The translations under genes and the position numbers were made by a program. Positions 1 to 9,452 of a stretch of DNA of 64,000 bases are shown in pieces. The stretch covers positions 4,094-68,093 of the forward strand of contig QPMI01000080.1 in the NCBI GenBank assembly GCA_004431415.1, in the 5' to 3' direction. This DNA comes from Cyanophora paradoxa CCMP329. Lineage: Eukaryota; Plantae; Glaucophyta. The stretch's first letter is position 1; each line of letters starts with the position of its first letter. Under the pieces are notes generated by a model. The model was given only the letters and a program-made list of their open reading frames with translations. It was not told the origin of the DNA and searched no databases.

Positions 1-47
1 GACATCACCCTCTTTCACGGATAATCTTTCTCATTTGAGGTCGCAAA

Positions 48-341
48 ATGCCGACCACCTCGGCCACCATCGTGAAGACCGTGTCTGCCGGCTCGATCGT
101 CCCCGATTTCTACGGCAACGCTGGGAACGTGGCCAACGCAGGGACGGACAAGGTGGAGTGGGACGGAAACTACGCCACCCCGCTCACCGTGAGGGTCCAG
201 AATCCCGTCATGTTGCGCGTCACCTCCAACGATTTCGAGAATCCCGCCTCCTGCTCCGTGTACGTGTACTTTGACATCGACTCGGGCGTGAGCGCGGATG
301 AGGCGGAGGCGCTCTGGCTCTCGGGCCTCCTGAAAAGATAG
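48..341 (+). CDS. Hypothetical 97-aa beta-strand-rich protein (possible virion protein of the element)
   Basis: Intact ORF with AAAATG start context (MPTTSATIVKTV...SCSVYVYFDIDSG...). A stop in another frame at 22-24 suggests compact gene packing. No family recognised. Confidence 0.4.
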   Translation: MPTTSATIVKTVSAGSIVPDFYGNAGNVANAGTDKVEWDGNYATPLTVRVQNPVMLRVTSNDFENPASCSVYVYFDIDSGVSADEAEALWLSGLLKR

Positions 342-850
342 AGCCCTCTGTGCCTGATCGGCCCGCCATTCGCGTGCTCGAACTCAAGTTCACCGCTAAC
401 ACGCCCTCACTCGCAATTCGGGAATGGTGCGAATCCGAACATCAAAACGCATTTAGATGGCGCCCTCATCGATGCCACACACAAGACCACGCAGGCCGTT
501 CCTTTGAGATGTACAACCTCTGGAGATGACCGCAAAGGAGATGATGACGAATGCCACACGGGCGGCGCTCGGGTACCGATTATTCATACGGCGCCTCGAA
601 TCCCGTACCCAGGTCTGGCCCGGCTCCTCTTCACGAAATTCACTTTCAAATTGTACAACAACATCGCCGGAATGCTACCTCTGGAATGGTCGTGGGCTCT
701 ACCCTCATGGCCGAACTAATTGAGGCAGAGGCGGACTACACGACTGCGACTACCAACTCGACAGCGCCAGGCGCCGGAGCCGAAGTTTACGTGGCCTGGG
801 AAACGGTCGGTCGCGAGTACGACACCAAGATTCACACCACTAGCGTCTAG
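342..850 (+). pseudogene. Frameshifted hypothetical gene of the element
   Basis: Protein-like segments in shifting frames: IRVLELKFTANTPSLAIR, LLFTKFTFKLYNNIAG, AELIEAEADYTTATTNSTAPGAGAEVYVAWETVGREYDTKIHTTSV*. Confidence 0.3.
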
Positions 851-886
851 ACTGGCTAAGCTGCATTAGCACCTGTGTCGCCTCCA

Positions 887-1203
887 TCATCTCCCGAATC
901 TCCTCGCTCTTCTCCTGTAAATTGGCGTACCCCTCCTCTTCTTGCGAATCTCCGACATTGATGCCCAGCGCAGGTTCTCCTCCTGTAGTCCAGCGGGTTG
1001 CCGTTGATGTGTTCCACGTAGCGTCCACGTGGCGACTTCCCGAGGATCAGTTGGGAGAGGTAGTGCTTGCGCCCTCCAAACGTCTTGCTCACCCTGTCCC
1101 TGTCCACTCTCCAGGGAAACTCCAAGGCACTCGGGGGTACGTCCGAGTTGACCAGGACGTTGTAGGCGACGTCTTGCGAGTCGGTGCACCGGAGCAGGGC
1201 CAT
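887..1203 (-). pseudogene. HNH endonuclease (HNH_3-like, phage/giant-virus type) with a 1-nt frameshift
   Basis: MALLRCTD...HYLSQLILGKSPRGRYVEHINGNPLDYRR continues in the adjacent frame as ENLRWASMSEIRKKRR. Restoring one G in AGGAGG[G]AGAAC (~978) gives the HINGNPLDxRRENLR signature. Confidence 0.7.
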
Positions 1204-1227
1204 TTTGCCCTAGGTTCAGAAAAACCT

Positions 1228-1300
1228 GGGACTTGGGACTTGGGACTTGGGACTTGGGACTTGGGACTTGGGACTTGGGACTTGGGACTTGGGAAGAGTT
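1228..1300 (+). repeat. (GGGACTT)9 followed by GGGAAGAGTT box, copy 1
   Basis: Nine perfect 7-mers at 1228-1290, immediately upstream of the HNH start codon. Confidence 0.95.
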
Positions 1301-1376
1301 GAAACCCAGGTCCCGGCCCAGACTTTCTCCAGGATCAGAAATTTGTCAGACAAGTCAGGTGAGTTTTTCTACCGAC

Positions 1377-1450
1377 TTTTTTACTCCTACCACTCCTCAT
1401 ACTCTTTTTTACTCGTAGTCTTTTTTACTCGTAGTCTTTTTTACTCGTAT
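1377..1450 (+). repeat. TTTTTTACTC(G/C)TA short tandem repeats
   Basis: One copy at ~1377 and three 16-bp-spaced copies at ~1405-1450. Confidence 0.8.
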
Positions 1451-1726
1451 CCCATCTCGTACCCTCCTTCTCTCGACATCTCACACGAAAACTCCTACCC
1501 TCTTCACATCCGTTTTCGGTTGCATACTCTCGTGAGCTTTCATGTCCAGTATCATGCTACAAGTCGTACACCAGTTCAGACTCTACCTCGCTTGAAATCT
1601 CACCTGGAATGTCACAGAAACGTCATATGCAGATTTCGTACCCCTCTACATGTCTGCCCGGTGGTTAGGGACTTGGCGCGGCAAACTCTCAGATCCAGAG
1701 AGATTCTGGGCCCAGACCCTGAGTCT

Positions 1727-1779
1727 AACTCTTCCAAGTCCAAGTCCAAGTCCCAAGTCCAAGTCCAAGTCCAAGTCCA
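1727..1779 (-). repeat. (GGACTT/GGGACTT)n-GGAAGAGTT box, copy 2 (inverted relative to copy 1)
   Basis: Plus strand reads AACTCTTCC(AAGTCC/AAGTCCC)n. Confidence 0.9.
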
Positions 1780-1847
1780 GATCGCGCCAAGTCGTAACTG
1801 AATAGTCGGCCAATTTTTACAAGTATGTACAATGGAATGACGCAATA

Positions 1848-2909
1848 CTATTTACAGCATCTCAAAGTCAGAGTCATCGTCATCGGAAACCAACTCAATG
1901 AGGCCTCGGGCGCCGACTTAAGGGGAATGCGGGGAAGGGACTGCGCTGCCTGCACCAAGTCCTGCGCTCGCGCTCGCGCTGCGCCGCCAAGGCCGCTGCC
2001 GCCTCTGCTCGCGCTGCTGCTGAGCTCGATGCGCGCCTTGAGCTCGGCCGCCTCCTTCTGCTTGCGCTCGGCGATCCGCGCCTTGTTGATCTGGTACTGG
2101 ACAAGGCGCTCGTGGCCGCTTGCGCTCCAACTCTTGCGGAGCTCGTTGCAGAGGACGCGCTTCTCAATGGTCTTGACGTGCTGAGTCAGGCGCTCGCTGT
2201 AGTGTGACGTCACGCGAGAACGGGCAATGCCGGCGCCGAGCTTCAAGTCCTTCTCGTGTGCCTTGGCGGGGTCCTTGACGCGCTCGGAGTTGTCGGTGAA
2301 TGACGTAGTCTCCATGAACTTCTTCTTGACGATTGACTTGGTCTTGATAATGCGGCGCTTGCGAGTCGGGTTTTCGTTGTCGCTTCAGAGTCAGAAGACG
2401 ACTCAGAGTCGTATGGAATCGGCACGTCAAAGTCGATGAAGTCGTTGATGTCAGACTCGGCGTCAGAGGCCTCGGACTTGGCGTCATCGGCGGGCTGAGG
2501 GCGGGCTCGGCGACGGGCTGAGGGGCAGATGACGACGATGACGGAGGGGGTAATTCGTGAAGACTTGAGGGGGGTAGGCCCAGGCGAGCGTCTCGGCAGC
2601 AGACTCGGCGAAAAGCTTGGGGTCGCCCAGCCGTTGGCGGTCTTGACCCAGCCGGGGACGGGGGCACGTCGACGGGGGGCTCGGGCTTGGGTTGCTTGGA
2701 CTTGGATTTCTTGGCCTTGGACGTGAAGGCGGACTTGGGGAGAAGTTGCACTTCGGGGCCAGTGGCGCGTAAGATGGCATAATTGTAGATGTACCCAGAG
2801 CGTCGGCGCGCTGCTCCATCTCAGGGGTAGCCCTTGAGTGCCACCGGAGTTAGCCCACGTTGCTTGGACAAAGGCGAAGTCCTCGGCAAGCTCAGCGGGA
2901 ATCGACATC
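1848..2909 (-). pseudogene. Frameshifted hypothetical protein of the element (acidic/basic low-complexity middle, coiled-coil C-terminus)
   Basis: MSIPAELAEDFAFVQATW... / ...SDAESDINDFIDFDV... / ...KKKFMETTSFTDNSERVKDP...KARIAERKQKEAAELKARIE in different frames. The ATG directly follows a polypyrimidine-CAG acceptor, suggesting a 5' UTR intron at ~2910-2968. Confidence 0.45.
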
Positions 2910-3365
2910 TGCGCAAAGGGAAAAGAAATCAGCAAAGGCAAAACGTGAGGTGACTGTGAGGGCGGACTTGTGAAAATTCGGAGAGGCAGGGTTTCCTTGG
3001 GCTGAGAGAAGGCGGCGAACCCGTTTCAAGAGTGAGGCAAAATGGCGGCGGACCGCGGTTTTGTGGGCGAATTTTTTCCTGGGCTAGTTCGCAACGGAAA
3101 ACGTTGCCAACTGGCCTGAAAAAGCCAAATTTAGCGTTGGACCGAAGACAGAAAAAGGAGCCGGCCTGACGGAAATTGCCCGAGTGCGTCCGCCGAAGGT
3201 CGAGTCTCGGATGGGGGTACACCTCAGGGGCCCCCCTGGCCCTCACCCTGGTAGTACCCTCTCAAAGGGATTTTCGAAGCCGTACAATTCTTGGTAAGTC
3301 TCGTAATCCGGGCTGTACCCTCACAATCTGCGGGAGCCCCATTGAAAGCCTCCGTCTATCCTCTC

Positions 3366-3710
3366 TCAATTCCTGCGGAAAAGTCTACGGTCTTCTCGAG
3401 CTTCGCGCGTCACGCCAGCTGGGCGTGGTCTATGATTGTTAGGGTTGTCGTAGCCTGGTCCCACCAGCCTCACGAAATTTTCGCGTATGGCCTCGGGGAG
3501 ACTCTGGAAACGGTTCGTTGCGTGGAACTCGATCCATTCATTGAATCGACGCGGATATTGACGGATGACTTCAAGCACGCCCTGTGTGTTGGGCTCTGGT
3601 GTTATGTCGGGAATGTCATGTCCTGTGAGGTGCCAACGCCAGAACTCGCGCAGCCTCTCGAATGCCATATGCAACTCAAAGGGGAAATCGTAATAGAGAT
3701 TGCCTGACAT
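3366..3710 (-). CDS. Hypothetical 114-aa protein of the element
   Basis: AAAAATG start, MSGNLYYDFPFELHMAFERLREFWRWHL...RRLFRRN*. Lies just downstream of repeat box copy 3. Confidence 0.5.
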   Translation of the reverse strand: MSGNLYYDFPFELHMAFERLREFWRWHLTGHDIPDITPEPNTQGVLEVIRQYPRRFNEWIEFHATNRFQSLPEAIRENFVRLVGPGYDNPNNHRPRPAGVTREAREDRRLFRRN

Positions 3711-3757
3711 TTTTCTCCCCTCCGAAAATTTCCCGTTTTGAGTCCAGACTCTGATTC

Positions 3758-3811
3758 CAACTCTTCCCAAGTCCAAGTCCCAAGTCCCAAGTCCCAAGTC
3801 CAAGTCCCAGG
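3758..3811 (-). repeat. (GGGACTT/GGACTT)n-GGGAAGAGTTG box, copy 3 (inverted relative to copy 1)
   Basis: Plus strand CAACTCTTCCCAAGTCCAAGTCCC...CAGG is the reverse complement of the 1225-1301 box. Confidence 0.9.
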
Positions 3812-6285
3812 TCCATTTTTCTCCCATTTCAGTCCGAGATTTTGCCCAAGTCCAAATCCGGGCCGGGATTCGAACCCTCGTTTTCGGTCGATTTCACGCG
3901 TGAAAAACGCACTTTTCGGCCTTTTCCGATTTTTCCTTTCTCGCGATCGCAGAAATGCCCCCGATCTCGAAATCGCGATCGAAAAGGGTCGCGATCGGGA
4001 GAAAGTCGCGATCACCAGGGTCGCGATCGGGTCGCGATCGCCGCGATCGCCAGCCTCGGAGGGGGTACCCCCACAGCTGTTGCGGCGGTTATAAGAACCT
4101 CCGCAATCCAAGCGTCACTTCCGAGTCTCGAGCTCTCGGAGTTGCCTTTTCGCGTTTGGCCCATTGATGGCCCTCCTATATAGGCCGCCTACTTAGTAGT
4201 ACCGTAGTACGGCGCCTAGGCGCCGCGGCCGCGCCGCTATACTAGGAGCTAGCTACCGGTAGGCTAGCTAGCGGCGAGCCTAGCTAGCTATAGCGCTAGC
4301 GCGCGCCCGCCGCCGAGGCCGGCGCCCGGCGCCGCCGGCCCGCGCCGGGCCAGCGGGCCACGGCCGCGGGCCAGCGCCGGCGCGTGGCCCAGTGGCTGGC
4401 AGTGGCCATGGGGGGCTTTGACGAGCAGGTCCGCCCCCGCCGGGCCGCGGGCCCGCCCCGGGCCCTCCCCAGAGCCCGTCGAAGCTTATATATAATTAAG
4501 CCTGAACTTCGGAAGCGGACGCGGCTCCGGATCCCGTTCCTATATAGCTAGGCCTCGTCCTCGTCCTCCCGCCCCTCCTCCTCCCCCGCCTCCCCTAAAC
4601 CCCCCCCCTTCCCCGGCCCCACCGGGTACCCCGGGCCCTCATGCCACCCCACCCCCTCTATGGGTGCCCCGGCCATGCCACCCCCCGCCCCCGGCCCCCG
4701 CGGGAGTTGGAGCGGCTCACCAGGCGGGGCCGCCGGGCGGAGGCGCGGCAGCTGCAGGCGCCGGCGCGGCTCGCCGGCGCCGGCGGGGCGCCAGAGGCCG
4801 GGCGCGGCGGGCGCGCGGCGTTTACACGGAGAAATTGGAAACTCAGAAGAGGAAGCAATATTAATCTCAATGTAGACTCTGAAATACTATTGAATAGGGC
4901 TCAAACTATCGAAAAAATTGAAAAGCACTGCGGCACACGTGCACCATGGCCAGATGTAAATCTAGATATCCCCGATATAGCGCTATACAGTTAACACTCA
5001 TCTATATATGGTCCCGCGCATGCGCAGTGGCGCCGGCTCGGCTGTTAATGTCGACGTCTTGGGGCGTGGCCATGGGTGAGATCGAGAGGGGGAAATTGAA
5101 GGGGCGGGGGGGTTACGGGGGGGCGGAGCGGGGGTACGATCATGGGGCGGGAATTCGAACCTTCGTTGTGTCGTCGATAGCCCCTCCTCTCTGGAATCAT
5201 AATTTTTTTAATAAGCTGTGCATGTACCCCGGGCCGACGCCGGGCCAGGGGAGCCCGGGGTACCGGTCCCGGGGAGCCGGCGCGCGAGGGCGCTGCCATG
5301 GACGGCGGAGGAGAGGCTGGGGCAAGGAGGGGGGGGGGGGGGGGGGGGGGGAAACAACCCAGGGGGAGGCGCCGGCTTCTCGCTCAGCAGAACGTTCACG
5401 TGGCGCTGTTCGTGCAGAGCCTCGGAGCCCGGCCCCTAAGAGGCTGCAGCCGCGCGAGCGAGTCAGCCTGCGAGAACATCCGAGTCCGACTCGGCGAGGG
5501 GAGGAAGGGGCTTGCAATTGAAGGAGCAGCCTAAGAGCCCACTTGCTCATGCATATGGAGTGAAAATTGAAGCCGGGCCCGATCGCGATCGGGAATGCTT
5601 CCGCGCCAAGCAGGCGTTGTGCGCGGCGCCTGACCCAGTGACCTAGCCGGGGACGTCGACAAGGACCGGCGCCGCCGAGCGGCGCGGCCGCCAAACCGCA
5701 GGGCCGGATCATATCACAGATCCTATGCGAGGCGCTTCTATAGCTGGGCTTGTGCACGCACTCCGAGGCTCTCCAAGCAGCGCGTTAACGTTGACCGGGC
5801 AGGCTGCAAGGTGGGAAGGCACGCAGTCATCGACCTGCCGTGGCCCGCCTGCTGAACGTTCGCCGCAGCTCGCTTGATTCTGTGCCTGCGCCGGCGGGCC
5901 GGCGTGCACGTGCGTTTGCGGCTGAGCTCAATCTACTCAATCTGTGGCGGCCGAGCTCCGCCGAGCACTCCGGCAGTATATATATACGTAGCTCAATCTG
6001 CGCGTTGACCGGGCTGGAGCTGAGGACTAGCTGTATGTTGAGCTGCCAGGATGAGCTATCTGTCCAGGCTTCGTTCAGCAGTTGCGAGTGTTGCGATTGT
6101 TGCGTTGCGGCGCCGGCGCAGTTGCGAGTCACTTGCGACGATTGCGGCGTCATGCGGCGACATGCGCGCCCGTCGGGGTACAGCCGACCCAGGCGGGGTA
6201 TATTCATAATCAACAGCCCGGCTTCTGCCGCGGTAAATAAACAGCAGCGAAACAGCCCGGGTCTTCCGGAAGACTAGAGAGAGAC

Positions 6286-9243
6286 ATGGCGCGCGTCGCG
6301 TGCCTCGCGGCCCTTGTGATGGCGCTTTGCGCCGTCGCCTCGGCCGCCACCTTCACCATGATCAGCAACACCACGGCGGCTTACTCGGCCAAGACCCTTA
6401 CCATCTCCAGCGGCGGGCTCAAGGACGGCCGCTTCCGCGGCGCCTGCTCTGGCGCGGGTAAGTCATTCGCGAATCTGCGCCGTCCTGGCCTCCGCTGCTT
6501 GCGCCATAGCGACTAAGATAGCGACAATGACACGGCCGAGTGACCTAGAGGCCCCAGCGCCGTCGACTAGCGCCTCGCGTGCATCGTGGCCGATTCGATA
6601 AGCTTGTCCCGACTGGCGATTCCCGAGCCCCGACCTCGTCATCGCGCCGCATCAGGAAGAGATTCCAGACAGACCCTTTAGATCTGTTTAGAGCGTTCCG
6701 CCGCTGTGCGGCAGGTGCCTCCAAACACCTTTCTTGGTACCTCCTGGATTCGCGCGGCCACGGCGATTGCCAGCTCAAGACGATCGCAATCATGCCGTGT
6801 GTTTAGAGCTTCTTGTCGGTCTAAACCTTTTTCCGGCGTGATTTCTCGGGCTAGACGATCGCCCCTTCATCGCGCGCGCACCCACTCCGGAGCGCTTCTC
6901 GCATTTCTGATTCTCTCTTCATTCAGATTCCAACGGCAACTTCTTCATTGCGGGCGGCCAGACTGGCCCGTCCGGCGCTCGTAACGGCTCGACCAGCATC
7001 TACGGTAAACCGCTGCAGGTCTCAGGTTCCTTCGAATCTCGAATGACCCGAATGCAGTGTTCAAGAGCGAGGAGGTCGCGGCCGACGGCACCATGGGCAC
7101 CGTCGTTGACACCGGGGCCTCCCTCCCCGGCAGCATTACCTTCGCCGCCAGCGCCGTCGCCGGCAACAAGCTCTTCTGCCTCGGCGGTCTCAGCAACCGT
7201 GAGTGTTTGATAGCGAGGGTTGTCTTCTTTCTCCCCTTCGTGATCTTTTCTCTCGCAGCGAACGGCAACAGCAACGCCGACATGTCGACCAGCCTGCACG
7301 TCATTTCCTTCTCCGTTAACCCCGTGCGTCGCTTCCTCCTCTCGTCTTTGCGAGTCTGCTCCAGAACTTCCTCTCTTGTGCACTAAACCGTCGTCTCCGA
7401 ATACCAGTTCAAGGGCAAGGGCGCCACCGCGACCGTCAAGAGCATCGCCCTCACGGAGGCCACCGGCCTGTCCGCCGCCAAGCGAAGCCAGGGCGTCATG
7501 ACGGTGCGAATGCTTGGCGTCCTTCTTAATTCCTCGTGCGCGCCCCTTCTAACCCGCGCCGCCGCAGATCATCCCCCAGGCTCAGACCTCTGACTACCTC
7601 CTGGCCGACCTGTACGTCATCGGCGGCTCGACCGACACTGGTTTCGGCAAGCCGAGCCCCCAGTTCGCCAAGTGGAGCGTGAAGGTTTTCGCCAACGACT
7701 CCAAGGACGCGGAGGTCGTCTTCTCGTCGCCGGCGCAGCCCATGGGCAACGGCACCGCGGGCCTGTTCAACTCCAACAACACCATGTTCGGCCCCGCCTT
7801 CTGGTCCGTCAAGAGCACGGGCAAGGTCTACCTCTACTCTGGCTCCAACTCGATCCTCGCCAACGGCACCTTCGGCGTGTACGACGTTGCCACCAACTCG
7901 TGGAGCTACAAGACGTCCACGGCGTCGTCGCCCATCTTCGGCAACGGCGCGACCGTCGTCGACCCCACCGGCACCAACGTCGTCTACGTCCCCGGCGTCG
8001 GCCCCGCCGCCGGCGCCTTCCCCTCGATCTACGCCCTCAAGTGGGGCGCTGACGGCTCCCTCGGCTGGACCGCCGTGACCACCACCGGCGAGACCCGCGC
8101 TGACACCGTCGACCGCCGCGTCTTCTTCGTCGCCGGCTGGACTTCGGCCATCGACGGCAACATCATCATCTTCGGGTACCTATCTCCTCTTCCCCTGCGG
8201 CCCGTCCTTTGCCTGCCATCTGACGCTTGCGCAGTGGCGAGCGCCGCACGGACACGCAGAACTACAGGACCATCGTCACGGACGGGAGCGCGTACGCCCC
8301 GGCCCTCAAGGAGATCTGGCAGGCGACTGCCTTCGTCGAGGCGACCGAGCTCCCCTCGACCGCCACCGGCGGCAAGTTCTCCCTGGATACCAACACCGAG
8401 TACCTGATCACCATCAACGGCGTCCCCACCAAGGTCAAGAAGCTCTACAGTAAGCGAGATTCACGCGGGACGCTCGTTCGCGCTCGACATCGAAGCCTGA
8501 CCGCACCGCACCGGATCGCAGACGGCGGCTTCGTCGTGACCGTCTTCAAGGCGTACTCGCTCTGGCTCGTGGAGGACTTCCCTAAGTTTAAGGAGGACTT
8601 CAAGAACGCGCTCGCTTCCCTCGGCGTCCAGGATCTCAACCAGTTCAACTTCGAGACTTTCGACGCCGTGCGCCCTTCCCAGCGCCTCGCAGACTCGCTT
8701 GCCGCCGCCGCTAACCGACCGACCGCCAGACCGGCCTGAGCAACCCGTTCGCGCGCCGCCACCGCCGCCGTGCCCACCAGACCGCCACCCAGATCGGCAT
8801 CATCGTTCAGGTGCCTTCCTTTTCTCGTCGCTGCCTTCTTCTCTGGCTGAGCTGTGAGCTTTCTTTCTTTCAGATCCTCGGCGACCCCGCCACGACCTCC
8901 TGCGGCAGCTTCTCGTCGGCCATCACCGCCGCCTCCAACCGCGGTCCGCCCCCTCCTTTCCGTGTTCTTTTTTCCCCTTTCTTTCTTTCTCACATGTGCC
9001 GCAGACACCGCCGCCTGCTCCGGCAAGGCCGCCGGCACCGCGATCACCGGCGCTGCGTACACCTGCCCCGGCCTCTCGGGCGTTACCGTCCAGCAGGCGA
9101 TCAACACGGCCAACTCCGCCTGCAAGGTCTCCCCCGTCTCCGTCCCGATCCCGGTCCTCTCCGGCGCGGTCTCGCCGGCCTCGCCCCTGGCCCTGGTCGC
9201 CTCGGCGATCCTCGCCCTGGCCGCCCTCTTCCTGGCCCTGTAA
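6286..9243 (+). CDS. Secreted, probably GPI-anchored Kelch/beta-propeller-like cell-surface protein (about 11 exons)
   Basis: Signal peptide MARVACLAALVMALCAVASA. Repeated Kelch-type GG motifs (FFIAGG, LFCLGG, LYVIGG, IIIFGG). Continuous frame after removing GT-AG introns (e.g. 6458-6927). Hydrophobic C-terminal tail PLALVASAILALAALFLAL*. Confidence 0.8.
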
Positions 9244-9452
9244 AACTTTACAAAGGGACCCGTCTCCCGTTCTCCCTTTCGGTTCGTTTCGCTTTCGCTT
9301 GCTTTCGATCTAGTACGTGCACATTCAAGGGCGTGCGCCCGATGTAAAGCATCAGTACAGCCACAGTACATTGTCTGTATTGTTAGTTTGAATGGTAAAT
9401 AAATAACAGTCCACGCCCTCGAGGCCTCTTTCTTTAATTTGCGTCAGAGCCT

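Larger units (their letters stand above)
1..4190. mobile_element. Right part of a putative endogenous viral element / Polinton-like or large DNA transposon (left end outside window)
   Basis: Visibly lower GC than the host genes. Short, tightly packed, almost intronless ORFs on both strands, an HNH endonuclease remnant, three (GGGACTT/GGACTT)n boxes and clustered TCGCGATC palindromes near the right edge. Composition switches abruptly at ~4.2 kb. No capsid, polB or integrase gene is recognisable, so the class is inferred. Confidence 0.5.

Noticed and set aside
1228-1290. Telomere or CRISPR array
   Set aside because: The unit is GGGACTT, not TTAGGG or TTTAGGG; it is internal and has no spacers.
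3941-4050. Cyanobacterial HIP1 (GCGATCGC) signature of plastid-derived DNA
   Set aside because: The octamer appears only within a local TCGCGATC cluster and the neighbouring ORFs are not recognisably cyanobacterial.
4550-5350. MITE with terminal inverted repeats (ACCGGGTACCCCGGGC ~4621 vs GCCCGGGGTACCGGT ~5253)
   Set aside because: The match is short and low-complexity, with no clear termini or target-site duplication.
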